Below are positions 35,336-48,433 of a stretch of DNA of 64,000 bases, one piece after another. The notes beneath the pieces were generated by a model. It made no database searches. It was given only the letters and a program-made list of their open reading frames with translations, and was not told the DNA's origin. Source of the stretch: Somniosus microcephalus (lineage: Eukaryota); NCBI GenBank assembly GCA_052327205.1, contig CM126233.1, positions 32,488,001-32,552,000 on the forward strand. Reading direction: 5' to 3'. Made by a program: the position numbers and the translations under genes. Positions within the stretch are counted from its first letter, which is position 1; the number at the start of each line of letters is the position of its first letter.

Positions 35336-37054
35336 TTGTATGTTCATTTATAGTGTAAAAAATTGTCACACTGTAATTACACCCTCCCACCAGTGGTGTT
35401 GCTGTAGCGTCTCAGTTTTCCCTCTCCAAGCCCCTCATCCTGTACCGGAGAGAAACTCTTCTGCTCCAACCAACTCTGTTTCTCAAATTGCCGTCAGCCT
35501 TGCTTTTTGACAATAAATAATAACATGAGATCAAAGTATTATACAGAAATAAGGACATAATGTATGGCTTTAAAACAGGGATTTAATTATATCTGAATGC
35601 CCCTGGTGTAATTATCCCCTGCTGCACTCCACCAGAAGACTACACTTGGTCTTCACTGTCTGTGTGGACCACAAAGGATTAACTAGTGAAAAGAAGCAAA
35701 TGCAAACAGGATGAAAACAAAAAATGATGAAAGCGCATAGCAGGTCCGCTAGCGCCTGAAGGAGAAAGATAGGCTAATGTTTCAGGCGAGAACTTTCATC
35801 ACAACCCATCATTCTCTTTCAAATGCAATTTCGACCACCCGTATATTTCCAGCAGCTTCTACTTTTATATCAGATTTCCAGTTTTTCTTTTTACCGCCAG
35901 CTTAATTCATAGGCTGCATGGCGCCACCCCATCCCTTTTGAGCGTGCTGATGCTATGTGTAAGCCTTTTAAACTTTTGCATTACGACTGGACTAAAGAAA
36001 ATGGCACAAGACAGATTAGTTAAACACACAACCACAAGTAGGTGTGTAATCGTCTCATACTGTTTAGCACTGTGTCAAAGACAACTGAAATGGGTTACGA
36101 GACAACACAGATGTCGGAGTAGGGGCGAAGTGGTTACTTCCAAGTGACCGCTTCAGCCTAGGAAGGTCAGAGGTCATGCATGACACGGCAGAGGAAACAG
36201 CTCTGGAATGTCCCATTCTGCATTACAATAACCCTTAAGGAGCTCCGGGCTACAATTGTATTTCTAGTAATAGTTCCACTAGCTGTTGCAAAAGTAAGAG
36301 TTGAATCAGGAACCTCCAGGTTCGATCCGCTATCCACGTTAAGTTACGTTATCGTCAGCTGTTGTGCCGCTACAACTGGCCACAGTGCTCCTGGGCGGGG
36401 TAGGGTGTGGAAATCAGTCAGGGTTTCTAATCTTGATTGCTATCCAGTGACGGGCTGGAATGTGCACCTGTGCGGATGGCCGGGCAAGAACAAGTTAGGC
36501 TCAACTGTGATGCTCCTCATGGTAAAATATCAGAGGGGCACTTATTTTCTAGGCTCAAACCCCAAGAGTGGGTGAGGTACTGGAGGCCTGCTAATGCCCC
36601 TGGAACTGTACGCCAACAGGAGTCGGGGCCTCCAGGACAGTGGGGAGAACAACGGGCAAAAATGAGCACTGCATTCATTAGCTGTACTGTTCCCAGTTAT
36701 TTCAAGCTCAGAATTCTTATTGTTCTGTATTGGGATGACTCTCGTAAAAATCTCTCCAAGGAAATTGGGAGCAGCACTAAGATAATCAGTCACCAGTTGC
36801 ATCTGCATCACGTGCACTCTGCAGAAGAGCATAAACTGTAGGTAGATAATGTCAAAAAAGAATTGCTGAATGCACGTACCGTCTAAAGCAAAAACACAAC
36901 ACATCACTGTGGGGTTTGGACTGAGGTTTCATGACTTTCAGATATTTGATCTCACTTTCCAAACTGGAATGACTTAAATCATTCCCTAGTTCTCCAGAAT
37001 AATTTGGGTCCTTAGACTGACTTTTTGTGTCAAGTATCGCACTCCGTTTTGCTA

Positions 37055-37391
37055 CAGGAAACTCTTGATTTACCGGCACCCAAACAACCGGAAATCTTGG
37101 TTAACCGGCAAAATTCAGGAGTAGGTTCAGTTAAGTTTTTTCTTCATATTAGTGGCCGTTTCTTGATTCTTGGCTGTGTAATCGGGGGTTCCTGCACTTG
37201 TTGCTAAGCAACAGGGACGCTTGGTCTGTGGCTGGGGTTCTTGCACCTGTTACTAAGCAACAGGGAAGCCTGGATTTGTTGCTGTGTACGGAGCTCTCGT
37301 ACCTTTTAACTATAACTCTCTGTAATCCGGACTTTTTGATAAACCGGCACCACGCTGGTCCCGTCGGTGCCGAATAATAAAGAGTTTCCTG
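37055..37391. mobile_element. Tc1/mariner (Tigger/pogo-like) MITE
   Basis: TIRs CAGGAAACTCTT...AAGAGTTTCCTG flanked by TA (37053-37054, 37392-37393); internal repeat gttgctaagcaacaggga / gttactaagcaacaggga. Confidence 0.85.
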
Positions 37392-38196
37392 TAGTTCCCC
37401 AGCCACGGAGATAGACAAGCAACTTGCTCCATTCATCCAGTCTTACTCAGTAACTGTGTTTGCAGGTGCTTGAGAGCAGCCAAGTTGACTGCACCCTATC
37501 TTCCCTTCTAGTTTGGGATGCAATAAGTAAACCCTTATACCAGGGGTGCAAATTCACTGACCTTTGAAAGCAGGACTGCAGGTGGTAAAATGTAATAAAA
37601 TGGGGAAATGGGATTCTGGGTTTTGTGCATCGGGGTATCAAATACAAAAGAATATAAGACATTGATTAGGCTGCAATTAGAGGACTGAGTAGTTTGTGCA
37701 CAGTCCATCTATATACGGTTCAGAGCCTCAACACATAACCTGTGCTACTGGTCAAATGGTTTTGTGATAAAGCTTTCAAAACAATCATTCCCTTTGCATG
37801 ATTTCATAAGTATTTTATGGTTTCTTTCAGAACACGAGAAACGTTTCAGTGAGTAAACCCCTCTCTCAACAGAAGTTTTTGTACACAATAAAGTAAATTC
37901 GCCCACTCCTGGCTCCGAGGAGGGATATGTACGCAAATGAAGTGCATGGTAGAGACAGGACAACAACACTGTGGTGCCAATTCTGTGACCCATGCTCTCT
38001 ACCAGAGTGGCTCTCCAGTGGTGGGAAGGATAGATGAATTTAGCCAAATATTTTTCCTTAAATGGACACAAACTGGAAATCCAAAACCCACTTTCGATCA
38101 ACAACCCATTGCTATTCATTGCTAATAGTTCAATCACTGAATTAACAGTTGCCAGTTCCTGTTGACTGAATGTTTTTGCTCAGATTCCACATTTTT

Positions 38197-38417
38197 GAAA
38201 GAAAGAGCCTTGCATTTCTATAGCGCCTTTCACTACCTCAGGATGTCCCAAAGCGCTTTTTACAGCCAATTTTTACAGCCTACTTTTGAAATGTAGTCCC
38301 TGGTGTAATGTAAAAAACGCGGCAGCCAATTTGCGCACAGCAAAGTCCCACAAACAACACTATGATAATGACCCGATAATCTGGTTTTTTTATGATGTTG
38401 GTTGAGGGATAAATATT
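38197..38417 (-). mobile_element. DeuSINE 3' half
   Basis: Tail and body match the 30338 copy. Confidence 0.8.
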
Positions 38418-38536
38418 AATAACTGTTGAAGTTACACATTGTCAACATCTTTTCAATTTTTGTCCCAGAGAAAATAACCGACGCTACACTAGAGCAGCTC
38501 GCCAGTGCCTCGCCTAGTCAGAGGCCGAGGGTTTTA

Positions 38537-38704
38537 AGAACATAAGAAATAGGAGCAGGAGTAGGCCATTCAGCCCTTCGAGCCTGCTCCGCCATTCAAT
38601 ATTATGGCTGATCTTCTACCTTAACTCCACATTCCTGCACTATCCCAATATCCCTTGATTCCCTTAATATTCAAAAATCTATTGATCCCCGTCTTGAATA
38701 TACT
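38537..38704 (-). mobile_element. CR1 3' tail
   Basis: aagaacataagaaataggagcaggagtaggccattc. Confidence 0.8.
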
Positions 38705-40726
38705 CTGCGCTCGGCAGGGGTAGCTGGATAGTGGTCAGATGTGGGAAACGTGGCTGATTCGCCCCATTCCTAGCCCAGGGTCACTCAGACCAAACGCGGT
38801 GCCTCGACCGTCGACCTGACTGAGAAGCAGCTAACTCTGCGCAGACTGGGGAATCAAACCTGGGTGACCTCGCTGTCTGCAGGGCCTAGTGCCACAGAAA
38901 AAGAGCGCTAAACTGGAACCTTTCAAACCCGACCGTCAACTTACTGCAGAGCGTGGTATGTGGCTGGGCTGGTATTAAATTCCATCAAATGAAAGGAAAA
39001 AAGGCAACCAAAACGTTTACAGTTTATAAGACCGAATTCAATCGAAAATATGCAAGAAACAGTGTAACAAGAATATTTTAATTAGCATTTCATTACAAAT
39101 TCCTGATAAGAGAACACATTTAGAGAGAAAAAAAGTATTTATTTTAGATGAACAGACTATTAGAATTCTCCAGTGTCCCCTCCCCCCAACCTTTTAGCAG
39201 CCAAGTTGACTGAACCTAACGATGCATGAATACACTTGGTCTCCAAAGGCACAGAGGTACCCAATTAACCCCCCGCCCCACTCCCTCCCTCCCTCAGAAT
39301 ACAGCATCAATTTGCTTCATGAGGAATGCAGGGCACAGCCAGCCCTTGACTCTACGATTTGTAGAGATTTTATTGCAGCATGTGAAAAAGCAAGCAGCCT
39401 GGGAAAGGAGGTGGTGGGGGGTGGAGGTGGTGGGGTGGGGGGGGTGGGGGGAAAGAGAGGGAGGGAAGGGAAAGGAGGCTTGAAGACACTTCAAAAAAAA
39501 ATTGCAGTGATGTAGCCATTCGTTTTTCTTATCACTGCTCTCATCAGCTTAGCCGAGTCCAAGAGTAAGACTGTTTAGACTAATGGGACTTGTCATAAAG
39601 CAGGCCAAGTTTACAGAGAGACTTGCGCACATTAAGAAATGAAGCAATACCACTAATGGAACCTTGCTGTGCCCACATCCTGTTAGCTCCACAGAACCTT
39701 TTCAATCAAGTCATTAAATTCAACTAACTGATATTAAAATCAAATCACTCCCAGGTTAGGTTGATTACCAATGAACAATAAGGAAACATAAATTCCTTCA
39801 GAACCGTCTTTCTTCAGCCTGGGAGGTAGGCTGGGGCAGGCCTTGAGGTGCTGTAAAACTGCAGCTCGGGATTGTAAATTGTGGATTGGCAAAACACAAA
39901 CTTTCCAGTCGCAAGCACTCATGTCGACTAGCACCCAAATTAAAGCCAGAGGTGAGGGATAAAACAGAGGAGCCTGCGACAACATAAATTTCAGGGCTTT
40001 ACAAGATTTCTTTCAAAGGATTTTTAACAGCTGCTGCAGAATATACGGCCCCACTGATGATGTACTTGAGTTGTAAGAATACAAGTAAACAAATCCAAGT
40101 TTTAGGCACGAGGGCGAGCGACCTGCTGCTAAGGGCTGTAATATATTGCAAGCAGCAATATGTGACACACAACTTAAAACTGCATACTGGGCGAGACACT
40201 GAGGACCATGCTGTGATTTACTCATAGGGATTAGCGGAAACAAAACTACAAATACTGGAGATCTGACGTAAGTACAGAAAATAACCAGGGAAAGATATAA
40301 AAAAAGATCAGGCAGGCTCACTGCTCCTAATCGTTATTGTTGGAAAACGCACGTGTGGACACTGAGCGGGGGCAGGATCAGGTTCTCAGCAGTGATGCCC
40401 TCCATGTTCAAATAGCCTGCCAACATTCACTGTCACGGCTCATACGTGAAGAACTGGCCACTTAGGCGAGGTCACCGGTGTCGCCTGTGATACCAGCACG
40501 TGTCAGCCACCTTCACATTTGGAGGGGGGAAAAAATACCTGCGGAAAATGCTGGAAATACGTAGGGCAGTCAGCATTGGGTGGAGAAAGAAAGCTTAACA
40601 TTTCAAGCAGGGAACTTCCACTAGAACTGGTTGAAAGGCTCTACCGGAAACACAAACCAGTCTTTTTCAGATACTCAATGACATGCTGTGTATTTCCAGT
40701 ATTCTCCATTTTTAATGCTCTCTCCA

Positions 40727-41009
40727 ATGGACGTAAAAGATACCATGGCACTATTTCAAAGAAGAGCAGGGGAGTTCCTACCAGTGCCCTGGGGGCAATA
40801 TTTATCCCTCAACCAACATCACTAAAACAGATTATCTGGTCATTATCATCACATTGCTGTTTGTGGGAGCTTGCTGTGCGCAAATTGGCTGCCGCGTTTC
40901 TCTACACTACAACAGTGACTACACTTCAAAAGTACTTCAGTGGCTGTAAAGTGCTTTGGGACGTCCTGAGGTCGTGAAAGGCGCTGTAGAAATGCAAGTC
41001 TTTCTCTTT
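40727..41009 (+). mobile_element. DeuSINE 3' half
   Basis: ggacgtaaaagataccatggcactattt...aaatgcaagtctttctcttt. Confidence 0.82.
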
Positions 41010-41400
41010 AGCAGTGTTTTATTGTCTCTTATGGAATGTACAGAAAGGGGGAGAAAATTGGAAAAAAGCAAAGTGCATAATGGTAGCCCATTAAATGCAA
41101 AGTGTTGCACTGCACAGTCTATAAAATATGACACTTCTTCACCAAACTATGAAACATAAGGGCATTTTCAATGCTAGGTTTCAGAATGTGACAGAAAGTA
41201 ATGATAAATGGAATATGACGTGACTTCAGGGTTGAGCAAACACTATGCAGTTATTGAAACCTGGCAGCTTGTCTTTATATAACAGTGTGTTCCCATCTGC
41301 AGGGATATTTATTGCTTTTCTGAAAATTGAACTGGGTACAAATGATACAAACTTAATATGGATTTATCACATGAAACTAGGCTAACATCATCGTCGTCAG

Positions 41401-42165
41401 GTGTCAGCTGCGGCTTACTCAGTAGCATTCTCGCCGAAGCTCTGGAATTCCATCCCTAATCCTCTCCGCCTCTCTCTCTCTCCTACTTTAAAACGCTCCT
41501 TAAAGCCTACCTCTTTGACCAAGGTTTTGATCACCTGTCCTAATATCTCATGTGGCACGGCGTCAAATTTTGTTTGATAGCGCTCCTGTGAAGCGCCTTG
41601 GGACGTTTTATTACGTTAAAGGTGCCACATAAATGCAAGTTATTACTGAGACAGAAAGATGTTGGTTAAAGCCCCACTTCAGAGACTTCACAGAAATCAC
41701 AGAAACCCCACAGTGCAGATAGAGGCCATTTCGGCCCATCGAGCCTGCACCGACACATATCCCACCCGATCCCCGTAACCCCTACACCAACACCAACACA
41801 TATCCCACCCTATCCTCGTAACCCCACGTATTTAATCCCCCTAACACTAAGGGTCAATTTATCATAGCCAATCAACCTAACCCGCACATTTTTTGGACTG
41901 TGGGAGGAAACCGGAGCACCCGGAGGAAACCCACGCAAACACGGGGAGAATGTGCAAACTCCACACAGACAGTCACCCGAGGCCGGATTCGAACCCGGGT
42001 CCCTGGTGCTGTGAGGCAACAGTGCTAACCACTATGCCACCGTGCTGCCCATAATCTCAGCCGATGCTCCTAGTGCAGTACTGTGGGTGTGCTGCACTGA
42101 GGTGCCGTCTTTCCGTTGAGACGTTAAACCGAGGCCCCGCCTGCCGTCTCATATGGATGCATAAA
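41401..42165 (+). mobile_element. DeuSINE 5' half carrying nested L2 (41436-41645, +) and V-SINE insertions
   Basis: The head gtgtcagctgcggc...ctcgcc resumes as tgagacagaaag...cagagactt, then again as cataatctcagccgatg...gagacgttaaaccgagg. Confidence 0.7.
41687..42049 (-). mobile_element. V-SINE (HE1-like), full length
   Basis: tRNA head ggcagcacggtggcatagtggttagc...gggttcgaatcc, V domain ggtttcctccgggtgctccggtttcctcccac, CR1-like tail. Confidence 0.88.
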
Positions 42166-44994
42166 TGCTCGTACGCCAATATGGACTCCTGGGCTGCTTA
42201 AGTCGCATGTGTGAAAAACACCAGCTAATGGCTGAGCAGTGCCATGCTCTTGAACCCCTCACTTCACTGCAGTCGCCGAAGAATTGCTCAACAAACAAGT
42301 TCTTGCTAGCTGTACGTATACCGACTTCTTCTCCCCTTCCAAAAGCACAGACTGAGGGAAATCCTGCAGATTGTGCTGTTAAACATGGTTACATTTTCAC
42401 TGCAAACTTTTCAGACTGTACGAGCAATTTACACAGGAACGCTTAAAACACTGGTATGAAATTATTTTGTTCACTATTTTAAAGGAGACGTTAAAATAAA
42501 TGAGTTACTGCCTCTGTTATAATTGCAATTTTATACAAACTAGTGTATTGTCTGCGGTTTTACCCATTGAAATTCAGGGCAAAGCAAATTTCCCTCAGAG
42601 CGCATGTGTAAAGTTGTGGGTACAGGTATGTGGATCAGCAGCCTCTGGAGCTTATGAAACCCCATCAAGTGGTAGAAGACTGTAGCTGCAGGGAAAGTAG
42701 AGTGCAGGTTGGCTTCGGGGGGGGGGGGGTCTGTTGTGCTGACTTCAGCGAACTTTTATAGGAAGGTGCTGAGGGCGGGGTGGGGGAGGCAGAGGATAGT
42801 TTGCGGAGCCCTTCTTGCACGGCTAGCAGCCTATTACACAGCAGCAGTGGACCTGGGAGCAGGTTGCCTGCCTCTCCTTTGAACTAGGAACAATGTGTGA
42901 TGTGGGGTTGAGGGGGGGGGGGGGGGGGGGGGGGAGGTGGGGGGGAGGGGAAGGAAAGAAAACACCGCAGTGCCTCACATGTGTAAATTCTAAAAGATTT
43001 CCTAGGACAGTTCAAACTTGGAAAAGAAGCCTCCAATTTCCATTAAATACTGAGACGTAGTCTGTGGTATTTGTTAATATTTAGAGCCGTCAGTCAACCA
43101 CCTGGCCTTGCCTAGGATCAGAGGCTCCAGTCTGCAATGCACAGTCGACTGACATGTCTAATGGCATACAAATGCTCTACTATAGTGGCATTTAAATTGG
43201 GCGAATGCTGCTGGGCTCCTGATGTGCAGGTCCGGTGGCACTATGGACGGTACCCGGGTAGACCTATATTTCACTAGGTCTTTCCAGCTGCTGCTGGTGT
43301 TCAGGGCTCCAGCAACAGCCCTGATCTTGTGATGAAACCTGCAGGAATACGTCTAACCAGAGTTGGCAAGCCTAAAGTGCAGGCGCACATTCCCTGGACA
43401 TGCACTTAGGTTGCTCGCCCTCAAACTGACCTTTGGGAACCACAAAAGGTAAAATGAGCTCGAAGGTCATTTTGGGAAGTGCATTTGCTCAGAGGAAGCC
43501 ACTATGGTCATTAAGAAAGCCCCCCCGAGTGAAGCCCTTCAACGAAACTCAACCTCCCAATGGCCTCATCATTACCACAATACTGTTCTATCACTTTTAT
43601 TACCGGCAATGTTTTTCTTAGTTGTTTCTCAATCCTCTGGTTACAAAATCTGTGCTCACTCATTAAGGTCAAGTGACTGGATGCAGAATATTTCTCCCTG
43701 CCAACAATTGTAGGGAAATGATGCCACTGCATTTCTTGTGTAAACCCACTGCTGTAACATCATCTCATTTAAACAATTGTCTGCAGCTTATTTTCAATAG
43801 AGATCTGGTGGAACATCTGGGGGTCCAATATTGGGTCCCATAGATGCAGTAAGATCCCTCTGGCTCTCAGTTAACTGATTAAAACATCCGATTGTGACCG
43901 AGCTATTTTCAGGATTTTAATACGGGTCCTACTCACTAATGGCATGACACTTGAGAACTCTGACTTCACAAATAAACTAGAGGGCTTCTACCCATAATGC
44001 ATAACCAGGGCAACATCTAGGAAGCCCAAATAAGTAAAGAGAGTGTGCTCTGATGAAAGGAATGGAAAACAGCAGAGAATAATTTAATTGGATAGAAGGA
44101 AGAGCAAGGGCTATAACAGCAGATGTCGAGATCCCATTAATACAAGTTGCCACCCATCTGGTTTTGGATCAGAAATTTCTACAATGTAAACCAGATACAA
44201 AAAATAAAAACTCCCCTTTCCTGTCTCATGACTTGGAAACATTAATTAATGTTGTTTTCTGTGACTTTTCATAATCAACAAACATCAGAACTCCAGCCAT
44301 GATTCGAGCCCCTTCCTACATCCATCAGGTTTTGAACTTCGCAAAAAGTCCCACCCTCCCTTAAAATGACACGTAAATGACAATTCTGGCAGTACAATGT
44401 TAAAGCTTTGTACGAGTGTGTAAAATGCAGTCCAGCCTGTCACGTTTATCAAGGTGCAGCTAAAAAAAATGACATTAAAGCACTCTTCTTTCATGAGTTG
44501 ACAAACTAAAATGCCAACCTGTTTACCCTCAAAGTGGGCTCAAAAGGGAATTGAAAGTACATCTGATTGTGGAAAGAATCCTAATTGTGCTTCTTATGGC
44601 ACACTCCGATCTAAATTATACAGCTGCACAGTTTAAGAGAGGCTCTTTTCATTCCAGCATTTTTAGCAAGCGATAAAGTGAGTTTCTCTTGTGGGTTGGG
44701 GGTTGATGATGGTGGAAAAAGACAGTCGGATATATTGCTGTCCAACTGCAATGAATCTATAGTTTGGCTTATGGCCTTGAGATTTAAAAAAAAAATCTCA
44801 TCAGTTCATAATGATGCAAATTAATCAAGTTGGAGATATATCATCTACAGAGAAAGCATCAGGACTTGCTCATATGTAAGCCAAGTTTTGTTTTATTTGC
44901 TCCTTCTCTGTTATATATTATATATAAAAGTTGGCCGGGATTTTCTTTGCCTCTTTTTAGGCGGCCCAGGGTGCAAAACGGAGGGAAATTGGGC

Positions 44995-45790
44995 AGGGAT
45001 ACAAAGCTAGGTGGAAAAGCAAGCTGCAAAGGGATATAGACAGGTTAAATGACTGGGCAAGAAGGTGGCAGATGGAGTATAATGTGGGAAAGTATGAAAT
45101 GATCCACTTTGGTAGGAAGAATGGAAAAGCAGAATATTTTTTTAAAGGATTCAGAGGGATTTGGCTATCCTTGTACACGCATTACAGCAAGTTAACATGC
45201 AGGTACAGCAAGCAATTAGGAAGGCAAATGGTATTTTAGCCTTGATTATAAGAGGGTTGCAGTATAAGAGTAAGGAAGGCTTGCTACAATTGTACAGGGC
45301 GTTGGCGAGATCATACCTGGAGTACTACCTACAGTTTTGGTCTCCTTACCTAAGAAAGGACATATTTGCCTTAGAAGGAGTGCAACGAAGGTTCACCAGA
45401 CTGGTACCTAGGATCAGAGGACTGTCCTATGAGGAGAGATTGAGTAGAATGGGCCTATATTCTCTAGAGTTTAGAAGAATTAGAGGTGATCTCATTGAAA
45501 CGTATAAAATTCTTAGCACATTTGACAGGGTAGATGCAGGGAGGATGCTTCACCTGGCTGGGGAGTCTAGAACTAGGGGTCATAGTCTCAGGATATGGGG
45601 TCGGCCTTTTAGGACTGAGATGAGGAGAAATTTCTTCACTTCAGTGAGTTGTGAATCTTTGGAATTCTCTACCCCAGAGGGCTGTGGATGCTCAGTGGAG
45701 TTGAGGTAAAAGTTCAGCCATGATCTTATTAAATGGTGGAGCAGACTCAAGGGGCTGCATGGCCTACTCCTGCTCCTATTTCTGATGTTC
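44995..45790 (+). mobile_element. CR1 LINE 3' fragment
   Basis: RKANGILALI...LQFWSPYLRKDI...RTRGHSLRI. Confidence 0.9.
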
Positions 45791-46526
45791 AGATAATTTT
45801 TCATCCTAATAGCATTCCTTTGCCTTCTTTTCCTGAAGAGTAAGGATTGTAGAGCGAGAGATCAGCTGTGAATCCCAGCTCAAATCAATATTCCAGCTAG
45901 AGTATTTGTGAGTGGAGGCCCAGAGTGAAGGGTAACCACCCACGCTGTTTCAAACCAGATTGTCTGGTTTCAAAGATGGTCAGCTAGTAATTATAAAGAT
46001 TGGACAGAAAAATCAGGTTTTCCAATTCTAGATTTTAAAGAGAGATAATATGCATGCACCAAACGACCCACTCACGTCGCACAAATGTGAAGAGGGCCAG
46101 CTTTGGACAGAGGGAAAAGGGGGTCGGTCACCCCACCAGAGGTACACAAAGCAGAAAGTGGTGAAGTACCACTGCTTTCGCCCAACCCGCAGCAGCTCGA
46201 TGCAATTTATTACAACCTCCCCTCTCCTTTTGTAAACTGGTTTAGCAGCTCAGCCCTTCAGTTACTGAGTCAGTGAAAGGAGGGAGCCTGGCAACAGTCA
46301 ACAGTCTCTTGCAGGTCGGATATTATTTTCAACTTTTTTTGTATGTATTCTCTACTTTCTTCAAATCTCATTTACACAATCACCGAAGCCAAGAAACTGG
46401 GCAGGCAATCTGTTCCAATACTTCTGCATGGGCTGCCTATAAATGGTGGCTGGAAGAGGTTATCTTTCCCCCTTGCACTGGGGCAGGCTGGTAGACCTTG
46501 ACAAGGTTCAACTCCCCCTGCCCGCA

Positions 46527-46632
46527 CCACAGAATCACAGAAACCCCACAGTGCAGATAGAGGCCATTTCGGCCCATCGAGCCTGCACCGACACATATCC
46601 CACCCGATCCCCGTAACCCCTACACCAACACA
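46527..46632 (-). mobile_element. V-SINE 3' fragment
   Basis: Essentially identical to the tails at 41690 and 51823. Confidence 0.85.
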
Positions 46633-47489
46633 TAGCACACCATGCACCCTAGATTGAAAATTTGCTGCGTGGGAATTATGGGCACAATCCCATGACCAAA
46701 CACTGTGGAGCAGTGCCTTGGTACAAAACTGCTGTAACCTTTCTACGTTGCTTTTATCCACTTTTCTATCAAAAAGCATTAACAAAAATCCATGTCTAAT
46801 ATACAGTATCAAAAATGATCAGAGAAACTGAACAGGGTGCCTTTGGAAATCTAATTAAATTTGATTTCGGACAAGTTTTATTATTTTTCAATACAGCCAC
46901 AGCCTGGAAAAGCTTCTCTCCACATGAAGCAACATATAACAGATGCAATGTATAAAGCAATACAGTAATGCTCAGAATTTCTTTGAAGGCAAAGGACAGC
47001 AGGGGTTAATGTAGAATGGGAAGGATTTTTCATACTTGCTGGTAGACAGTTTTTCTTTAAAGATGCAAGATCTGCATTATTTCCTCCCGTACATGCATAA
47101 ACAGAACCCGAGGCAGAGGCACTGAATCAGCAGAATATGTCACAAATTGGGCCCTTTTCCTGCTCTTAGGTCAATCCTACATTGCTTTATTGTTCCGCCA
47201 GTGCTTACATTAGCATTGAGATGCAAAGGCTGTTCCAGAGCTTCTCAATAATAAGCTTCATGTAACCTTTTGAAACTTACACGAATATTTCTCCAGCATG
47301 TGACTGACAAAATAAAGTTCTTTTAGTGGGGGTTGGGCAGGGAGGGGGTGTAAAGAGCAAGACCCCAGTTTGCAAAGAGAACTACATTTATGTATTTACA
47401 GGAGCTGTAATATTCTCCAGTGGTAAAATATTCAACATGGCTCAGGATCAATATGATGATCCACAATAGATTAAGGGGTAAATACATTG

Positions 47490-47840
47490 TGGGGTGTGAT
47501 ACAGAGCTATATAGACGAGGAAGCAGTCTCAGAATTGATCCCTGGTCTGAGCTGAGTTAGCTGACCTCAGCTGACAACAGAAGGGGGGGGTTTACAAATA
47601 TCTTTCAGCTAGGGAGGGGAAGTAAATTAGCCAGGGATCGCGCTCCTGATCGCTATGCAGTAACTCTTGCTGGAAAGAGGATGTTTGGAGAGACCAGGAT
47701 TGTGTTTAGCTGTGATGCTTTCCGTGGAAAATGAGCCCGCTGACACTCACTGTCTGAATTTACATATGAAGAATGGCTACTGGGGTGACATAACAGAGGG
47801 TTCACAGCACCTGTGCACCACACCCCAGCAAGGGTCAGTG
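47490..47840 (+). mobile_element. Old unclassified SINE-like repeat (one of ~10 copies)
   Basis: Motifs ctgagttagctga and agccagg...ctcctgatcgctat...gacactcactgtct...catatgaagaatggc shared with copies near 24640, 25980, 34070, 36320, 38705, 40320, 57735, 58030 and 62140. Confidence 0.6.
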
Positions 47841-47847
47841 CCTTCAA

Positions 47848-48433
47848 GTTATGCTTGAACTGTATAAAACACTAGTTAGGCCACAGCTAGCGTACTGCGT
47901 GCAGTTCTGGTCACCATATTACAGGAAAGATGTGATTGCACTAGAGAGGGTATAAAGGAGATTTACGAAGGTGTTGCTTGGACTGGAGAATTTTAGCTAC
48001 GAGGAAAGATTGGATAGGCTGGGTTTGTTTTCTTTGGAACGGAGGAGGCTGAGGGGAGACCTTATTGAGGTGTATAACATTATGAGAGGCCTAGATAGAG
48101 TGTATAGGAAGGACCTATTTCCCTTAGCAGAGGGGGTCAACAACCAGGGGGCATAGATTTAAAGTAATTGGTAGGAGGTTTAAAGGGGATTTGAGGGGAA
48201 ATGTCTTCACCCAGAAGGTGGTGGGGGTCTGAAACTCACTGCCTGAAAGGGTGGTAGAGGCAGAAACCCTCACCACATTTAAAAAGTGCTTGGATATGCA
48301 CTTGAAGTGCCGTAACCTACAAGGCTATGGACCAAGAGCTGGAAAGTGGGATTAGGTTGGAGAGCTCTTTGTCAGCCGGCATGGATACGATGGGCCGAAA
48401 TGGTCTCCTTCTGTGCTGTAAATTTCTATGATT
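47848..48433 (+). mobile_element. CR1 LINE 3' fragment
   Basis: YKTLVRPQL.YCVQFWSP...SYEERLDRLGLFSLERRRLRGDLIEVY; ttctatg tail. Confidence 0.9.

Noticed and set aside
41960-42049. tRNA genes (also near 30730-30801 and 52090-52167)
   Set aside because: These are tRNA-derived SINE heads continuous with SINE bodies, with no proper cloverleaf.
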